From NCBI GenBank assembly GCA_963764165.1, contig CAVXRD010000001.1:160001-224000 (forward strand): a DNA stretch of 64,000 nt, in the 5' to 3' direction. This document shows, one piece after another, positions 12,001 through 18,374 of this stretch. The first letter of the stretch is position 1; each line of letters opens with the position of its first letter. The notes below the pieces were generated by a model that was not told the origin of the DNA, made no database searches, and was given only the letters and a program-made list of their open reading frames with translations. Position numbers and translations under genes: made by a program. This DNA is from an uncultured Verrucomicrobiae bacterium. GTDB taxonomy: Bacteria > Verrucomicrobiota > Verrucomicrobiia > Limisphaerales > Palsa-1400.

Positions 12001-14005
12001 CCGCCCAATCCAAGGGCGGGTAATGATATCCAAGGTCAAGCTGGTTCCCGATGTTTCTCGGCACTACGGGGCCAAGGTTGGTGGTATTCGTGATCCAAGA
12101 TTGATTGAAAACCAACGGCGGATAGGTGGTCAAAGACTCCAAATCGGCAAGCACCGCAGCATTGATGTTTGTCGTACCCGCATTCTGATTTGTGCTGCCG
12201 TTCGCTAGATAATAGCCGCCAGCCCCTACGGTCTGATAAAAGCCCGTGTTAGTCGAATTCACGACGCTGCTGCTGAACGCGATTCCAGAAGTATTGGAAA
12301 CCCCTGTGAAGATGCAATTCGTTGCAAAACAGATATTGCTGGACCCGGTCATGAACGTCGAAATCTGATCCGCCGTCACGTTTACCGCATTGAGGGAAGC
12401 AAAGTTTGAGCCGACGCTATTGATGTAAAAGGCGGTGGTGCATTGGGCAAAAAGCACGTTATAGGCGTCGATAGGAAATCCCGACGCTGATCCGGTATAC
12501 GATAGATAAGGAACTAAAAACGCGCTCGAACAATCAAAAAATTGGCAGTCCCATATCTGGATGGGAGTCGAGCTGAACCACGAAATAACGCCCATAATGG
12601 CGTCGGCGGAGTACGAAAAGCGCAGATATTTGAAGACAAGGGCATTTGTCCCCGGATTATTGAAGCAGATGTATGCTGCCGCGCACGTATTTGGAGTCCC
12701 GGTGCTGCCGCTGATGGTCGATCCGGCAGTGTTGTCATTCATGGAAGTGAAGACCGCCGGGCGATACGCCGCTGTTTGGCATACGATGTTCGAAATCAAG
12801 ATTTCAGCGCCTGAATTATTCGTGTATTTGACTACGGCCCCGCCTTCCACTGTTAGCGTGCCCGAAACATTGACTGTACCCGTCACGAAATAGGTAGAAT
12901 CGCCCTGGAGCGTGAGATTGTTCGTGCTGCTCAGGAGATTATAGTCCACCACCAAGCCGGATTGATTTTTCTTCATTCCGGCGAACAGCATCGAATTTGT
13001 TTCGCTCTCAATCTGTCTAGACCATTTCTTGGGGACGTCCAAGAATGCAAGGCGGCGAACCGAACCACGCCCAGGATCAAGATTCGAGGCGTGAGGGAGA
13101 TTCTGAAGCTGATTGGAAATCGCCTCGAAAGGTATGGATTCAATCAAAAAGGTCCTGCCATTCACCTGAACCCATCTTTTTCTCACGCTTCCGGCGGGCA
13201 CCGGCGCATCCGCCCCATTGAGATAAAGCGCCTCTCCCACTCCCATCTTCATCTCACCGAAGTCCAGCACTTGGTCGTCGACTGTGCTGCCATTGGTGAT
13301 CGAGCTTGCCTGAGGTTCAGCGGAATTGAAAAACTCGGTATAGATCTGCAAAATTGACCCGGCGTCAGACAGGCCGTAACTCGCGGGACCGGCTGGCGCT
13401 TGCCGCAGCACAATGTCCTGGCTCAGTCCGGCCTTCGTGTAGGTGTACCAAATATCCGCATTCAGATTGCTGAAAGCTCCGGAGTATAACACCTGATTTG
13501 TCGCCACAATGGTGCCAGTGCAATTTTTCAGTGTTGCAATCATGGCATTGGATCCAGTCGAAGTATCGTACCAGGCAAGGCCCACCACCGAGCTTGAAAG
13601 CTGCTTTCCATCTGGCGTCGCAACCACAACCGCGCCGCCCGGCGCATTCGCGTTAAGAGCCCAGGTGACTTTATGCCGACCCTGGACCGCTTGCGCTCCG
13701 CCTGGAACGGCGTCAACTTCCTCAACGGAGTCAGCGTATTGCCCATTCGTGAGGTAGCAAAGTCCGGTTGCGATTTCCGTGTAGGATTGAATATTGGTTG
13801 TTACCGTTCCAATGGAATTTGTCTGCAACTGCAAGCGCTGCCAAAGCCGCGAATGAGGAGTCCGCCCGGTGATGGCGTAGTCGCTTGGAGTTGATGTGGC
13901 GGTCGAGTTTGTGGTTTGAACTTGAGCCAGGACGCGGCCTGGGCCAAGGACAACTCCAGTTAAAGCTATTAGGAACAATCGGCGGGCTAAAGGGGGAAAA
14001 TTCAT
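1..14005 (-). CDS. Giant secreted multidomain RHS/YD-repeat protein (>4660 aa, 3' end outside window). Approximate layout: signal peptide, N-terminal region, beta-helix-like region, Ig repeats (~7100-11100), LamG-like (~10000-10400), RCC1-like (~5700-7000), FN3/Ig (~3200-5600), RHS/YD core (<3200)
   Basis: ATG at 14005 gives MNFPPLARRLFLIALTGVVLGPGRVLAQ (signal peptide). The same frame gives FN3-like NGTTYYYTVSAMYAGSETP at ~5430 and YD repeat DVSVGYGYDFLGRLSSVSNY at the window start. Frame spot-checked at three places, not codon by codon. Confidence 0.85.
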   Translation of the reverse strand, partial: MNFPPLARRLFLIALTGVVLGPGRVLAQVQTTNSTATSTPSDYAITGRTPHSRLWQRLQLQTNSIGTVTTNIQSYTEIATGLCYLTNGQYADSVEEVDAVPGGAQAVQGRHKVTWALNANAPGGAVVVATPDGKQLSSSVVGLAWYDTSTGSNAMIATLKNCTGTIVATNQVLYSGAFSNLNADIWYTYTKAGLSQDIVLRQAPAGPASYGLSDAGSILQIYTEFFNSAEPQASSITNGSTVDDQVLDFGEMKMGVGEALYLNGADAPVPAGSVRKRWVQVNGRTFLIESIPFEAISNQLQNLPHASNLDPGRGSVRRLAFLDVPKKWSRQIESETNSMLFAGMKKNQSGLVVDYNLLSSTNNLTLQGDSTYFVTGTVNVSGTLTVEGGAVVKYTNNSGAEILISNIVCQTAAYRPAVFTSMNDNTAGSTISGSTGTPNTCAAAYICFNNPGTNALVFKYLRFSYSADAIMGVISWFSSTPIQIWDCQFFDCSSAFLVPYLSYTGSASGFPIDAYNVLFAQCTTAFYINSVGSNFASLNAVNVTADQISTFMTGSSNICFATNCIFTGVSNTSGIAFSSSVVNSTNTGFYQTVGAGGYYLANGSTNQNAGTTNINAAVLADLESLTTYPPLVFNQSWITNTTNLGPVVPRNIGNQLDLGYHYPPLDWAVNAAISNATVTVLPGTAVAAFGLEYGFWLYANGILNFEGNATSPALFVKYNTVQEQSNTNWCWPTVAWQGNLITPVQTDSSSAAFSFTEFSTLSLDGAVYPEDAAMPVVLQNCQVFNATVNLKFMPAALTNCLFQRAAVTLSDLGSNIPITAENNLFWNGSLTITHRNSGIFSVRDNLLDQTAFAQGSGTQKPMDVCSNNAYVTTNYGVVPPENNAVILSSSPAFQSGAFGPYYYPSIFSPTNLTLINAGSQSASAAELSYFTVMTNNTIDGTNAVSIGFHYPALGTNGLPVGPPYLVAQPASEVVGLGATVIFSAPSAGSTPLSYQWMLNGTNISTATSSSYTVANAQLANSGTYSVCVTNVAGTATSSNASLTVVEVASLAPPTNYPFTSSNATLLTYSIPVSSSNLEIVAKSSPNLPASGLPAVWSLDGQLTNITYISLAQPGIFTVVCQSGTSAITNIISVFEDGDVEQNCSNTNALLLGYWSFNEGNAGGPWVGSPGQQPLASYGLQNPASPWTNALKVDTNISANLSYPYAQANGTLNINCINGAVNFWFAPDWNGGSGPGGAHGTLLQLGDASSTNGWWSLFVDSAGSWLYFATSSNLVATTNIAVSITNWTSNAWHQVTLNYGPDQTSLILDGTVAQIGPGVTNYPTIAQRELYGFSIGSDHTGTNQMRGQLDELTTYNCPIDLTPTIAATPTSICTWATVTLRSTVNGIEPLSLQWQLNGVNLTDNTQISGANSATLTISNFQSTDLGNYALVASNGYQTVTCTTNLLMAMQDAQFVYWGVLSNSSDSLPYGMPDTELAEFPNAWNIINWVGSGTVEGQFNYLEGVPYDLDVGAALIPGDMVAATNSPNVTYQWLANASPIPGATNSYLDPSAYIGKAGTIQLEIIGSCGTNISPPMTVQTGIEAYTYYAYPIIDPSALQWCPGADYIIPHPPTIWALCNYPLQYVEGEFGVSWVESPPLVKWQPSSTNVDEGSPLILTLDVLPRSLDALGLWWNYDPTWWQDAPDLWLYPFLRWVEPFGLPVAPNYFPIIYQWRFNGQPIPNANGYINGWPARTSFDPCAQKCTFANIAGCLIPTANVTNAGTYDCVIWNAVGAEISSPIQVDVNTNLGPTNVWSPVIKTQPVSQTICPGKEVNLWVDVSGCKPISFQWMSNGFAISSATNDSISITSFYPSTNYYSVVVSNTNGTVTSSIATLSVPDCYNQSPFIVVPPTNRTVCEGEFLTLQVVAGGASTFHYQWYLNDAPITNTVSTNWALSIGAVSATSATQTYKVIVTNAYGSDSASAVVSVSALPTNLYVSPGPVTTNLSSTVTLSAAAPGAMGTLGYQWSFNGSSISGATASSYTISNAEYANTGLYSVEVSDSCGGNSSTNVLVQIIAPASTPPVIVSQPETQGTCLGTPVTLSVAVDGSLPLAYQWQLSGTNIAGATQSNYTAACTNVGTNSFTVIVTNSYGAVTSLTAAITISDPTTISIFRQPTNLTMASGGNAVFAVAQNGSCGVTYQWSKAGYGNLVSGVGSVIGGESNVLTLLQVHTNDSGTYSVIIANGYTSVTSSSVVLLVTNAALPPTISSVSNVWCSSIGGGAYGVSFAAVTNKSDARDPNGWPFYFEIETVTNGTLVINGTPFAPPTASKPNCTFNSQSTMAWTPGISHQGIAVPAFFVRVSDGAMLSTNQVPVPIIPLPPTVMLGWGNNKWGSLADGNFASLPIPTPDLPSKAWPWTNPLSVSTPVQSIGLTNLKAFSHDPFDGGAAVNEAGNLLMWGSMTAAYGIFGEGVGTNELLPYFTTPILVEMSNDTGVLAPWTNTVDVSLGYLAIYAIRAVGTNRTIWSWGDLQFGEIGRELDEWEGNNTFQGVGTFKANPITGITNAQGEQISVAEVASDKAMSALALGVDGSVWCWGEMQSLDTDLDDYNVVNAGFFTLFGGPDEVPTRVTDFDTGSPVIQVSASASHYMALRSNGTVWEFGFVPRLALLNGCIFGPPLDCGFTNVPQQAPGLPTNVVSIGAGGLYSLALMSDGTVWQWGLAAQGYDASSGVYTNPVQVYGLSNIIKIDVAWDSCVALDSSGNVWEWGDLEFDQNGFDYNYPDYQSAQPILNPNIEFATNVWIGWQSVFACGSVVTDRPRQLVATPLSTEIQLNWASFPGAAYYNVYRSLTNGGTYGVVGTSTSNSFLDVGLSNGTTYYYTVSAMYAGSETPQSDQASATPYPPPTNVIWSSSYLYGSTNYGIDSQCQDIHLVWYAVDGATVYQVCRSTSLSGPYSIINETTVESNLDISAEGGVNYYYYVVAGNGAGFGPPSITNGPIALDPSTCVPAPIILTNWVPQNGEIELTWQFDATSGLDGFDIETYVCRQDDQNKQAPTASSFPWPVFYSASSLSNISTDTYTYNMTNDVGLIPEYIYWFRVCAVSNGEPGIYSTIVGPISECADLSNIGAPLKVVAVAGNEQVYLEWQAVSNATSYNVGFNTNGSTNFAFVATNLNDTRFWHLGLSNDTTYNYQVTPEVLYEVTNANTNWSYFDYVLGKPAFASATPSNTLGLSTNISTNFTLAATGFDSLVYLHWESLGNPPQYQCFVERKFQTNTDASYQVLSGTGYGLAYYDYDVVNGVTYAYRVTAFDSNFNCFRAVATNVTPSATGILTAIGTPGNGYVSLQWNGIGAASYFIKSGPSAGGPYTALGNTYGTSFICSPVQNGVTNYYVVEAATPFGTTVDSAPIAIVASATLASMPPQNFTAACGSSNILLSWSPVSGAASYRLSWSLPPDYLIYSGPGTAFSFPVPSNTVDNTVFWFDLVDVNQQGQISGVSSASVLYSNIFSAPDANPIVLTVGTYVVPATNGSITNVGPTNLTLTASVQTTNGAGAMVTFYDGPNAIGSAPGPVAQMTWFNVPGGTHAVTAQAVTLPVSPTVALLGDYQNGATFTSATCTMTMLVQPPLTMYQTSATDLQLPAPGLPLSISRSYTSQITNSPGNLGIGWTPSWSVASVQVANGNLANGWIEAGFDYSGVAYAAETTSHLVTLTLPGGASAYFSPTLAPADDPQGSGLSLSFQPCIPNEGTLTCTEAMQGTASLGYSDDLNTWGHNTFFLTGDPDNQTTQFSPDTFVYTTAANTTYQFIQPSGVWLLKQITDANGNSLSYGYDNLNRLTAMQHSNGRVIQFSYTTITNTSPPETWINVSDSVDASAGMHSGAYATNWVVRYLVQGANPTNGLLMEVDKVTNYATGGFERTTYGYDSNNDVNTNRLTQVFDGRGILVTSNLYSAAGDGSLSNQFDAFLHTSIYTYNPTTTVQTVSRMVSGSNQTVTVNYAPSGAVGSVLQPISDLGYTGTTYTYDNNGNVTAQTDSYGNSQKTQYDSLNRPISQSDALGNSTSVQLNVMGQPTLSTDANGNGTTNVYDPSSGNLLQSQDPTGSQSSMTYAPAIMGINGVAAGGLVASSTQQSPGVSYPVTTSYAYYPGSGQPQPNSSGEVASMTQQWPSGSGMPVSTTSYTYDANGNRTSETTTATVNGVPNTPIVTQYQYDAENRLVATIDAIGRISTTIYDHAGHPYITTDVDNRSTTNTYDAAGNLIETAYPDGTVSRMTYDELNHVLYTQDRSVPGTGGATTNAASLNVYDGAGRVVCVERLSGVSLTRQTNTALITRSGADTIYGMTNTSAGTLVSFTRTVYDLAGRVRYSMAANGNVTQYSYDAAGRRTNVLVYTNYTVNLSSINQTIAPTGGTNSTQYFYDPNGNQIAMIDANGHETDYLYDTANRLVLTTYPVLADGTRHQTAIAYDGAGNKIGTTDEAGVKTAYTYDYRGLLTSVILDTASSGQLTYQYTYDERGNQLSQSDANGNLTQYQYDALGRRTMRILPDGSAEITAYADVPLTNGSSIKVQQTSVTDFRGKTIVTTEDVVGRIATKVLPPINLGETTTTETYAYLPGGQLSHVWITNSGSLLREEDYVYDNVGRLIVKTCPEGALQYTYTPNNQVQTMQAYSPGVVAISGGPPDVSVGYGYDFLGRLSSVSNY

Positions 14006-14363
14006 GGAGTGTTGCCTGCCGTGTCTTGCGGGGGAGCGCGGCAATGAAATTGGTTGTTGAATATTGAAATTGCGAGCCTGACAAACCCTTGCTACATCGC
14101 GAGCGATAGCAGACCCAATAACATTTCTCGGGAAGAGAGTTTCTACAGATCAATTGAGAACGTCAATCTATTTTTGAAGATAATTCAAAGAAAATGGATC
14201 CAATTGTCACTTACTGTCGACTTCTATCGATGCGGAGAACAGTAGATAGCCAAATTGTAGCTTATCGTCTGCTATTCGCCGGGCCTCGATTCCTCAAAAA
14301 TAGATTGACGCCCCAATCGCCAGGTGTGATGAAAAAAGGTGAAGCTCTCAATAATATAATATT

Positions 14364-14423
14364 GAGGCGGCGGCGCAGCACCGCCCTACCGCAATTTGGC
14401 AGGGCGGACCTGTGCGTCCGCCC
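14364..14423. repeat. REP-like palindrome pair
   Basis: ggcggcggcgcagcaccgccctacc followed by inverted ggcagggcggacctgtgcgtccgccc; GC-rich hairpins with a GTAG/CTAC-type end. Confidence 0.4.
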
Positions 14424-14754
14424 AAATATTCGTGTGGAATATCACGGTCAATCGCATCTAATCGCCCTTGCGTGCGATTTTTTGCTGGCAGTCAACAAAT
14501 TGTTTTGATAGAAAAGCAAGCCACGCCGGGAAACGACGCAGGAACGGGTACTTCTTTGGCGCGATGAAAGTGATCTGATGCAATTTCGAAACGAGCATCT
14601 TGGGGACGAAAAAGTGAAAGGCCGCAAGCTGTGACGGGGCGGAGCTTTGCCGAATTTTTTCCTTGGCGCCACGGGCCAGGAATTACTTCGTCCGTTTGGC
14701 CCAAGCCAAATCGCGCTCCAGCGTCAACAACGTGCAAGTGTTGTGCAGTTTAAG

Positions 14755-15015
14755 CTAACCTATTCGGATTTGCCGCTCGTATTCTTCATGAGGCCCGATC
14801 CAAAACCATTTTGCCGCGCCACCTTCTACGATGGCAAGGGCTCGATAATTGTCTGTAACGCGCGCAGACCAGAATCCTCCAACTTTTTTAAAATGAAGCG
14901 AAGGATGCTGCGGGTTTTGAAGCCACAACCTGAAGGCCCTTCGCGCCGCACGTTGGATTTCTGGCGGCAGTTGCGCGAATCGGTTACGAAAGCTTTTTGT
15001 GGTCGAGGAACGCAT
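14755..15015 (-). CDS. RelE/ParE-like type II toxin
   Basis: 86 aa MRSSTTKSFRNRFAQLP...NPQHPSLHFKKV..WSARVTDNYRA..WFWIGPHEEYE has the typical RelE/ParE-superfamily pattern; overlaps the upstream small acidic ORF. Confidence 0.8.
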   Translation of the reverse strand: MRSSTTKSFRNRFAQLPPEIQRAARRAFRLWLQNPQHPSLHFKKVGGFWSARVTDNYRALAIVEGGAAKWFWIGPHEEYERQIRIG

Positions 15016-15214
15016 CAAGCGGTGCCTCCGACTCGCCCGGCTCCTCTTTCTGAAGACGCTCGTAAAACTCGCGCAGCCTGCCAGACCCCGCATCGTGCTC
15101 GATTTGGCGATCCCATTCGTCCGCATGGCGCTCGCGCAGATGCCGAACGAGTTCGAAAAACTGCTCGCGCGGCAACCCTTCGATTTGCCTCTCTATTTCC
15201 TGCAACGTCGTCAC
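14984..15214 (-). CDS. Putative antitoxin
   Basis: 76 aa acidic ORF (EIERQIEGLPREQF..DEWDRQIEHDAGSGRL) directly upstream of and overlapping the toxin; GTG start. Confidence 0.7.
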   Translation of the reverse strand: MTTLQEIERQIEGLPREQFFELVRHLRERHADEWDRQIEHDAGSGRLREFYERLQKEEPGESEAPLDAFLDHKKLS

Positions 15215-15255
15215 ACATACAGATTATCTTAACCAAGCTTGGTCATCAAGCCCAA

Positions 15256-15360
15256 GCTTCAACGGAGCCGCGCTCGCTTGAGCGCGGAATGTATTGGTTT
15301 TCACTCGTTTTAACATGCAACGAGCCAGCTTCAACGGGACCGCCTTCGACGGACGATTTG
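15256..15360 (-). ncRNA. Mini-CRISPR / crRNA-like regulatory RNA (degenerate repeat - 36 nt spacer - near-consensus repeat)
   Basis: 15256-15291 is the reverse complement of the array repeat with 3 mismatches, two of them compensatory in the stem. Spacer 15292-15327. 15328-15360 is a degenerate repeat keeping the CCGTTGAAGC 3' end and a short hairpin. Confidence 0.85.
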
Positions 15361-15370
15361 TTGGAGACGA

Positions 15371-15399
15371 TTGACAGTTCAAGAATTATTGCTTAACAT
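15371..15399 (+). promoter_or_regulatory. Sigma70-like promoter of the cas operon
   Basis: TTGACA (15371-15376), 17 bp spacing, TAACAT (15394-15399), ~80 bp upstream of the cas7 ATG. Confidence 0.7.
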
Positions 15400-15406
15400 G
15401 CAACTA

Positions 15407-15435
15407 GACATAACACGAATATCTTAAATTGTCAA
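15407..15435 (-). promoter_or_regulatory. Overlapping opposite-strand promoter for the mini-CRISPR and TA genes
   Basis: Minus strand TTGACA (15435-15430), 17 bp spacing, TG-n-TATGTC (15412-15407); the -10 box is imperfect. Confidence 0.5.
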
Positions 15436-15479
15436 ACTCAGCGGAACAATCGCCGCAGAAACCAGAAACAGAACATATT

Positions 15480-16691
15480 ATGAATGAAGAACCAAAACCA
15501 AAAGTCCTCAGTCTGGACCTCTTAAAATCAGCCGTGAGCGGAAGTGCCGCCGCATTTCGTTCCCGCACCCGTCTACAACCTGCTGGGGGTGAAGGAGACA
15601 AAGTATTTCCGCCAACTTATGCCGGAGCGGTCTACGCCAAGGAGGAGCGGCAAATCAACGGCGCAAAGGTTCCATGCGTGCTGCTTGATTCTGTCCAAGC
15701 GCAAGCGAACCGCTTGGAAGAGGCGCTGCAACGGGCATTGGATGCGGGGACGCTCAAGAACATCCCGGTGTTGAATGTGGATTTTACCGGCCTTGGTCTC
15801 TTGGATGAAATTGGACGAGTGAGCACCCTTGAAGCGCCACATCGAATCGCTGATGCGATCCTTCGTGACAGCCTTTATGAGGGGCAGCCGTTTCGGAAGA
15901 GCACACTCGGGAAGTCATTAGATCAAGCTAGCCTGCAAAACGCTACTCCGCTTTATAAACTCTGCCCGACGGCGTTGATTTTCGGCATATGGGATTCGAC
16001 AGGTCCAAAAGGTGGACTCGGCGCGAAATTTCAGCGGGCTCTCGTATCGGAAATCATCGGCGTGAATGCCGAGATCGGTGTAAAAACAAGTAGCCGAATT
16101 GATCCGCTTGGCATGCGCGCGGCGGCAATGGTGGTCAAGAAGCCAGACGGCAGCTACGAACTTGCGAGCGACAAGGCAAAGGATGCTGTTTCACCGTCAG
16201 GAGTAAACCACGGCAACATTCCACCCGACATCACTAAGCCAGGAGGGGCCGGTGGAGCAACCTTGGACTACGCCGAACAAACGGTTGTCCTGTCCCTGCC
16301 CGCGCTGCGTAAGTTGCGTTTTCCTGTAGATGGTACAACAATCCCCGAGCGGGACGCGGCGGGGCGGACCGTACTTGCAGCATTGGCTCTGACGGCGGCC
16401 ACGCTGGCGGCGGAGAGCGGATTCGATCTCCGTTCCCGATGTCTGCTCTGGCCGACTGAGGCGATGAAGTGGGAATTGCTGGAGACGCCAGGGAAGACTC
16501 CCACCGAGTTCACCGTCACAGCAAAAGAAGCTATCAAGCTTTTGGAGGAAGCGGTTGTGGCGGCGGAAAAGCTCGGCTTGGTATGGCAAAAAGAGCCGGT
16601 GAAGTTAATTCCCTCTCCGAATCTGGTTGCCCTGCTCAAGCGGTCGCAGGACATTTCTGCCAAGTCGCCAGCGGGCGCATCGGCAGAATAA
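15480..16691 (+). CDS. csb1: Type I-G Cas7 (Csb1)
   Basis: LQPAGGEGDKVFPPTY, VLLDSVQAQANRLE, EAPHRIADA, PTALIFGIWDS and HGNIPP motifs of Csb1/Cas7g. Confidence 0.93.
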   Translation: MNEEPKPKVLSLDLLKSAVSGSAAAFRSRTRLQPAGGEGDKVFPPTYAGAVYAKEERQINGAKVPCVLLDSVQAQANRLEEALQRALDAGTLKNIPVLNVDFTGLGLLDEIGRVSTLEAPHRIADAILRDSLYEGQPFRKSTLGKSLDQASLQNATPLYKLCPTALIFGIWDSTGPKGGLGAKFQRALVSEIIGVNAEIGVKTSSRIDPLGMRAAAMVVKKPDGSYELASDKAKDAVSPSGVNHGNIPPDITKPGGAGGATLDYAEQTVVLSLPALRKLRFPVDGTTIPERDAAGRTVLAALALTAATLAAESGFDLRSRCLLWPTEAMKWELLETPGKTPTEFTVTAKEAIKLLEEAVVAAEKLGLVWQKEPVKLIPSPNLVALLKRSQDISAKSPAGASAE

Positions 16692-16706
16692 ACCGAAGGC
16701 ATCACC

Positions 16707-18374
16707 ATGTTTACCCTCGGAATTGATTTCATCACCGGTGTCGCGGTGATGACGGATGCGGCCAGTCGGGAAAAGGCCGAGTGGCCACCGCATCCAGCCC
16801 GCGTTTTCATGGCACTGGTCGCGGCGCACCACGAATCAAAGCCACTGCCAGAAGATGGCCACGATGCAGAAGCGGCATGGGTTCACGAGCGCGCGGCTCT
16901 GGAATGGCTGGAACGCCAAGGCGCTCCGCAAATGAGTTGGCCGGAAGCTTCACCGCGCGACGTGGTAAAAGTCTATGTTCCGGTGAACGACGCAGGAGTT
17001 CCGCAAAATGCCGCCCGAGTGAAAGAATCTGAAATGCGAGCCGCGCTCGGCGTAATGCCCGATCAACGTAGTCGCCAGGAGCGGACATTTCCCGCGGTGC
17101 ATATCAACGGCGAAGGTCCGAATCGACATGTCTATTTTTATTGGCAAAACGCAACGCCTCCGACGGAGATTGTAGCTGCGTTCACCGGACTCACGCGGAA
17201 GGTGACCCGCATCGGACATTCTTCGTCACTCGCGCTAGTTTGGGTTTCCGAGATTGATGACGCACCTTCGCCTTCTTACAAACCAAATGCGAACGCGACT
17301 AAGACACGCCAAGGCGTGCCGCTTCGGATTCCTGTGCCGGGCTTCTTGGCAGAGCTCGACCGATGCTTCAACGCGGGTGAGATCGACGACTTCTTCGACC
17401 TTTCGGCAGCAATTTTAACTAAAACCGGCGCCGCAAAAGATCAAGCGAAAACAGCGTTTGAAGACCGTTTCGCGACGGCTTGGAGTAGGAACGTCAGCGC
17501 TCCGGTGCGACTGCGTCCTTCGCCGGGACGGACGGCGCATTACTCACGCGTGGACGAAGGGAAACCTCTCGTTGTTCTGTCGAGTTTCGATTCCGAACTC
17601 CTGGTGCTGACGAAGCAGGAAGGACCGGTGCTAGGCTTGGAATCCACTGCGGCCCTCACGGCTGCGTTGCGGGGATATTTATTGCAAGCGGGCGAAGACA
17701 AGCCAGAGTGGTTCACGGGCCACAGCGCGCCGGGGTTGCCCTCGACTGGCGGGCACATAGCGCTTCTCCCGCTCGCTTTTGTGGGAGCGGAGCATGCCGA
17801 TGGTCACATCTTGGGATTGGCCGTAGCCTTCCCTCGCGCGATTCCCGCGGCGGATCGGGCGGCTTGTTTGCGCGGGCGGCTGTTTGGCTCATCCGGTGAT
17901 GACCTCGAACCGGAACTTCAGATGGGTAACCTCGGGACGTGGACGCTGCGACGCGAAGAACGCAGTCTGCCGCCGCTGGCTCTGCGGTCGGCGACGTGGT
18001 GCGAGCCGTCTTCCGTCTGGGCGAGTGTCACGCCCGTTGTTCTCGACCGGCACCCGAAGCACGATCAGCAAACCGAGCGAGCGCAGTGGCGCGACGAAGT
18101 CGTCGCGAGCGTCGCCCAAAGTTGCGTGCGGCAGGGTCTGCCGAAACCGGAATTGATTGATGTGGACAAAACCTCGTGGCACCGGGGCGCGCCCCGCTCC
18201 CGACCTGGCCCCAGCGGGATGCCGTGGCTGCCCGGCAAGAAAGGCACCCCCCCCCGCCAGCAGGTGCATGTGCTCATCCAGTTTCCCTGCGAAGTGCAAG
18301 GTCCGCTCCTTCTCGGCGCGGGACGCTTCCGTGGCTACGGCCTCTGCAAACCGCTCGGCTCCTTGTTCAAATGA
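16707..18374 (+). CDS. csb2: Type I-G Cas5/Cas6 fusion (Csb2)
   Basis: EWPPHPARVFMALV, VYVPVND, WASVTPVVL and C-terminal Gly-rich GPLLLGAGRFRGYGLC. Confidence 0.93.
   Translation: MFTLGIDFITGVAVMTDAASREKAEWPPHPARVFMALVAAHHESKPLPEDGHDAEAAWVHERAALEWLERQGAPQMSWPEASPRDVVKVYVPVNDAGVPQNAARVKESEMRAALGVMPDQRSRQERTFPAVHINGEGPNRHVYFYWQNATPPTEIVAAFTGLTRKVTRIGHSSSLALVWVSEIDDAPSPSYKPNANATKTRQGVPLRIPVPGFLAELDRCFNAGEIDDFFDLSAAILTKTGAAKDQAKTAFEDRFATAWSRNVSAPVRLRPSPGRTAHYSRVDEGKPLVVLSSFDSELLVLTKQEGPVLGLESTAALTAALRGYLLQAGEDKPEWFTGHSAPGLPSTGGHIALLPLAFVGAEHADGHILGLAVAFPRAIPAADRAACLRGRLFGSSGDDLEPELQMGNLGTWTLRREERSLPPLALRSATWCEPSSVWASVTPVVLDRHPKHDQQTERAQWRDEVVASVAQSCVRQGLPKPELIDVDKTSWHRGAPRSRPGPSGMPWLPGKKGTPPRQQVHVLIQFPCEVQGPLLLGAGRFRGYGLCKPLGSLFK

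Noticed and set aside
254..13894. Many short ORFs on both strands in the ORF track
   Set aside because: Shadow frames of the giant minus-strand RHS gene.
14647..15396. 249 aa plus-strand ORF
   Set aside because: Antisense to the TA genes and mini-CRISPR; no recognisable motifs.
15429..15479. TTG start for cas7 given in the ORF track
   Set aside because: Overlaps the opposite-strand -35 box; ATG 15480 is more plausible.
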